Shown: piece after piece, positions 63,149 to 64,000 of the stretch
Numbering within the stretch: position 1 is the first letter of the stretch
Layout of the letters: each line of letters opens with the position of its first letter
Origin: Rickettsiales bacterium
Lineage (GTDB): Bacteria > Pseudomonadota > Alphaproteobacteria > Rickettsiales > RI-342
NCBI GenBank assembly: GCA_044368015.1
Contig: JBIPLF010000002.1
Location: 25,625-89,624, forward strand
DNA: 64,000 nt
Direction: 5' to 3'
Notes under the pieces: generated by a model
The model's database searches: none
Told to the model about the DNA's origin: nothing
Seen by the model: only the letters and a program-made list of their open reading frames with translations
Position numbers and translations under genes: made by a program

Positions 63149-64000
63149 ATGAAGAAAACACATCTGTTTTATGCCACAACGGCGCTGTCTGCCCTGGTGG
63201 CGGGCGCATCGCTGGCAAAAGAGGCGGCCCCTAAAGACGCGGCGCATCACGCGACTGCGAAGGCATCTTCGGCCAAGACCGACAAGATGGCGCCTGTTGA
63301 AAAGGCAGCGCTGCCGGATGCCCCCAAGGTGATGGCGTCGGAAAAAGCGGCGGTGGCATCTCAGGGCATGTCCCTGCTCAAGGTGCTGAAAGATGTGTAT
63401 GAAGCAAACCCGACCATTCTGGCCGAGCGTCAGTCGTTGGCCGTTGCCGATGAAGAGGTCGCTCAGGCTTTGGCAGAATGGCGACCCACGGTGCAGGGCA
63501 CCTATCAGCGTGGCCGTACCCGCTCTGAAGTGGGGGCTGCCGGACGCAATTACGCCAATACCGATTCGCGCCAGATCAGCATCTCCCAGCCGGTGTTCAA
63601 CGGTGGCGGTACCATCGCCCGTACCAATGCCGCGAAAAAACGCGTGATGGCACAACGCAGTCGCTTGCGCACGGTGGAGCAGGATACGATGCTGCAAACC
63701 GTGGTAGCCTATGCCGATGTGGTGCGCGATCAGCTGGTGTTTGATCTGAGCACCAAAAATGAAAACGTGCTGAAAGAGCAGCTCACTGCCTCCCAGCAAC
63801 GGTTCGATGTGGGTGAGGTGACCAAGACCGATGTGGCACAGAGCGAGGCGCGTCTGGCGCGGGCCAAGGCCGATCTGGTGAAGGCGACCAGCGATCTGGA
63901 ATCCTCCAAGGCCGAATTTGAGCGTCTGGTGGGCTACGCGCCGAAGGATGTAAAGGATGGGTATCCGGTTCCCACGGTTGAAAATGATCTGAAGAAACTC
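63149..64000 (+). CDS. tolC: TolC-family outer-membrane channel (runs off the right edge)
   Basis: My own translation gives MKKTHLFYATTALSALVAGASLA...LLKVLKDVYEANPTILAERQSLAVADEEV...QRFDVGEVTKTDVAQSEARLARAKADL, which is typical TolC repeat-1 sequence. It is open at the window edge, so it is absent from the ORF track. Confidence 0.85.
   Translation, partial: MKKTHLFYATTALSALVAGASLAKEAAPKDAAHHATAKASSAKTDKMAPVEKAALPDAPKVMASEKAAVASQGMSLLKVLKDVYEANPTILAERQSLAVADEEVAQALAEWRPTVQGTYQRGRTRSEVGAAGRNYANTDSRQISISQPVFNGGGTIARTNAAKKRVMAQRSRLRTVEQDTMLQTVVAYADVVRDQLVFDLSTKNENVLKEQLTASQQRFDVGEVTKTDVAQSEARLARAKADLVKATSDLESSKAEFERLVGYAPKDVKDGYPVPTVENDLKKL

Noticed and set aside
1-64000. A search for tRNA, rRNA, tmRNA, riboswitch or CRISPR signatures.
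   Set aside because: I saw no GGTTCGAATCC-type T-arm, no rRNA-like stretch and no regularly spaced direct-repeat/spacer array by eye. The repeats present are palindromic or tandem, not CRISPR-like. A proper tRNAscan/Infernal scan would be needed to exclude small RNAs.

Overview
This is a GC-rich chromosomal segment, by eye about 60% GC, with alphaproteobacterial gene content and order. I did not compute GC; all GC statements are visual estimates. About 60 protein genes can be supported, most of them housekeeping. In window order they are: argS (partial), sdhCDA, yggS, a porin, capD-like, purH, mreC-mreD-mrdA, a GT2-SDR fusion, a Pif1-like helicase and recA. Next come two M16 peptidases, pgi, ychF-pth-rplY-prs, parE, mnmG-rsmG-parA-parB, thiG, mutL and ltaE. 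The last stretch holds fdx, hicAB, prmC, hisGD, exoD, cobD-like, holA-lptE-leuS, aroQ, thiS, xseA, pcm and tolC (partial). I found no rRNA, tRNA or CRISPR array by eye. The stand-out accessory feature is a 4.6-kb gene (35610-40238) of visibly lower GC, sitting between thiG and a tfoX_C-mutL pair. It encodes a 1,542-aa signal-peptide-bearing protein with about 65 cysteines, a clear M23 (LytM-type) metallopeptidase signature, a CHAP/NlpC-P60-like strand signature, a (GGN)n/proline linker and a LysM-like motif. More than half of its length matches nothing I recognise. The window is also seeded with at least four families of short palindromic intergenic repeats. Two repeat termini supply the ATG start codons of downstream genes. 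An AT-rich array of 16-bp tandem units lies between leuS and lptE and leaves the lptE lipoprotein signal peptide without a nearby canonical start codon. Other points are two parS-like sites around the parAB operon, a frameshifted flavin amine oxidase, a hicA/DUF1902 toxin-antitoxin pair, a low-GC NUDIX gene overlapping the hisD stop, an orphan prepilin-type gene, an orphan Mrp/Nuo-type antiporter-like subunit and a small secreted Arg/Asp-repeat protein. Many long ORFs in the six-frame track are antisense artefacts of high GC and were rejected.
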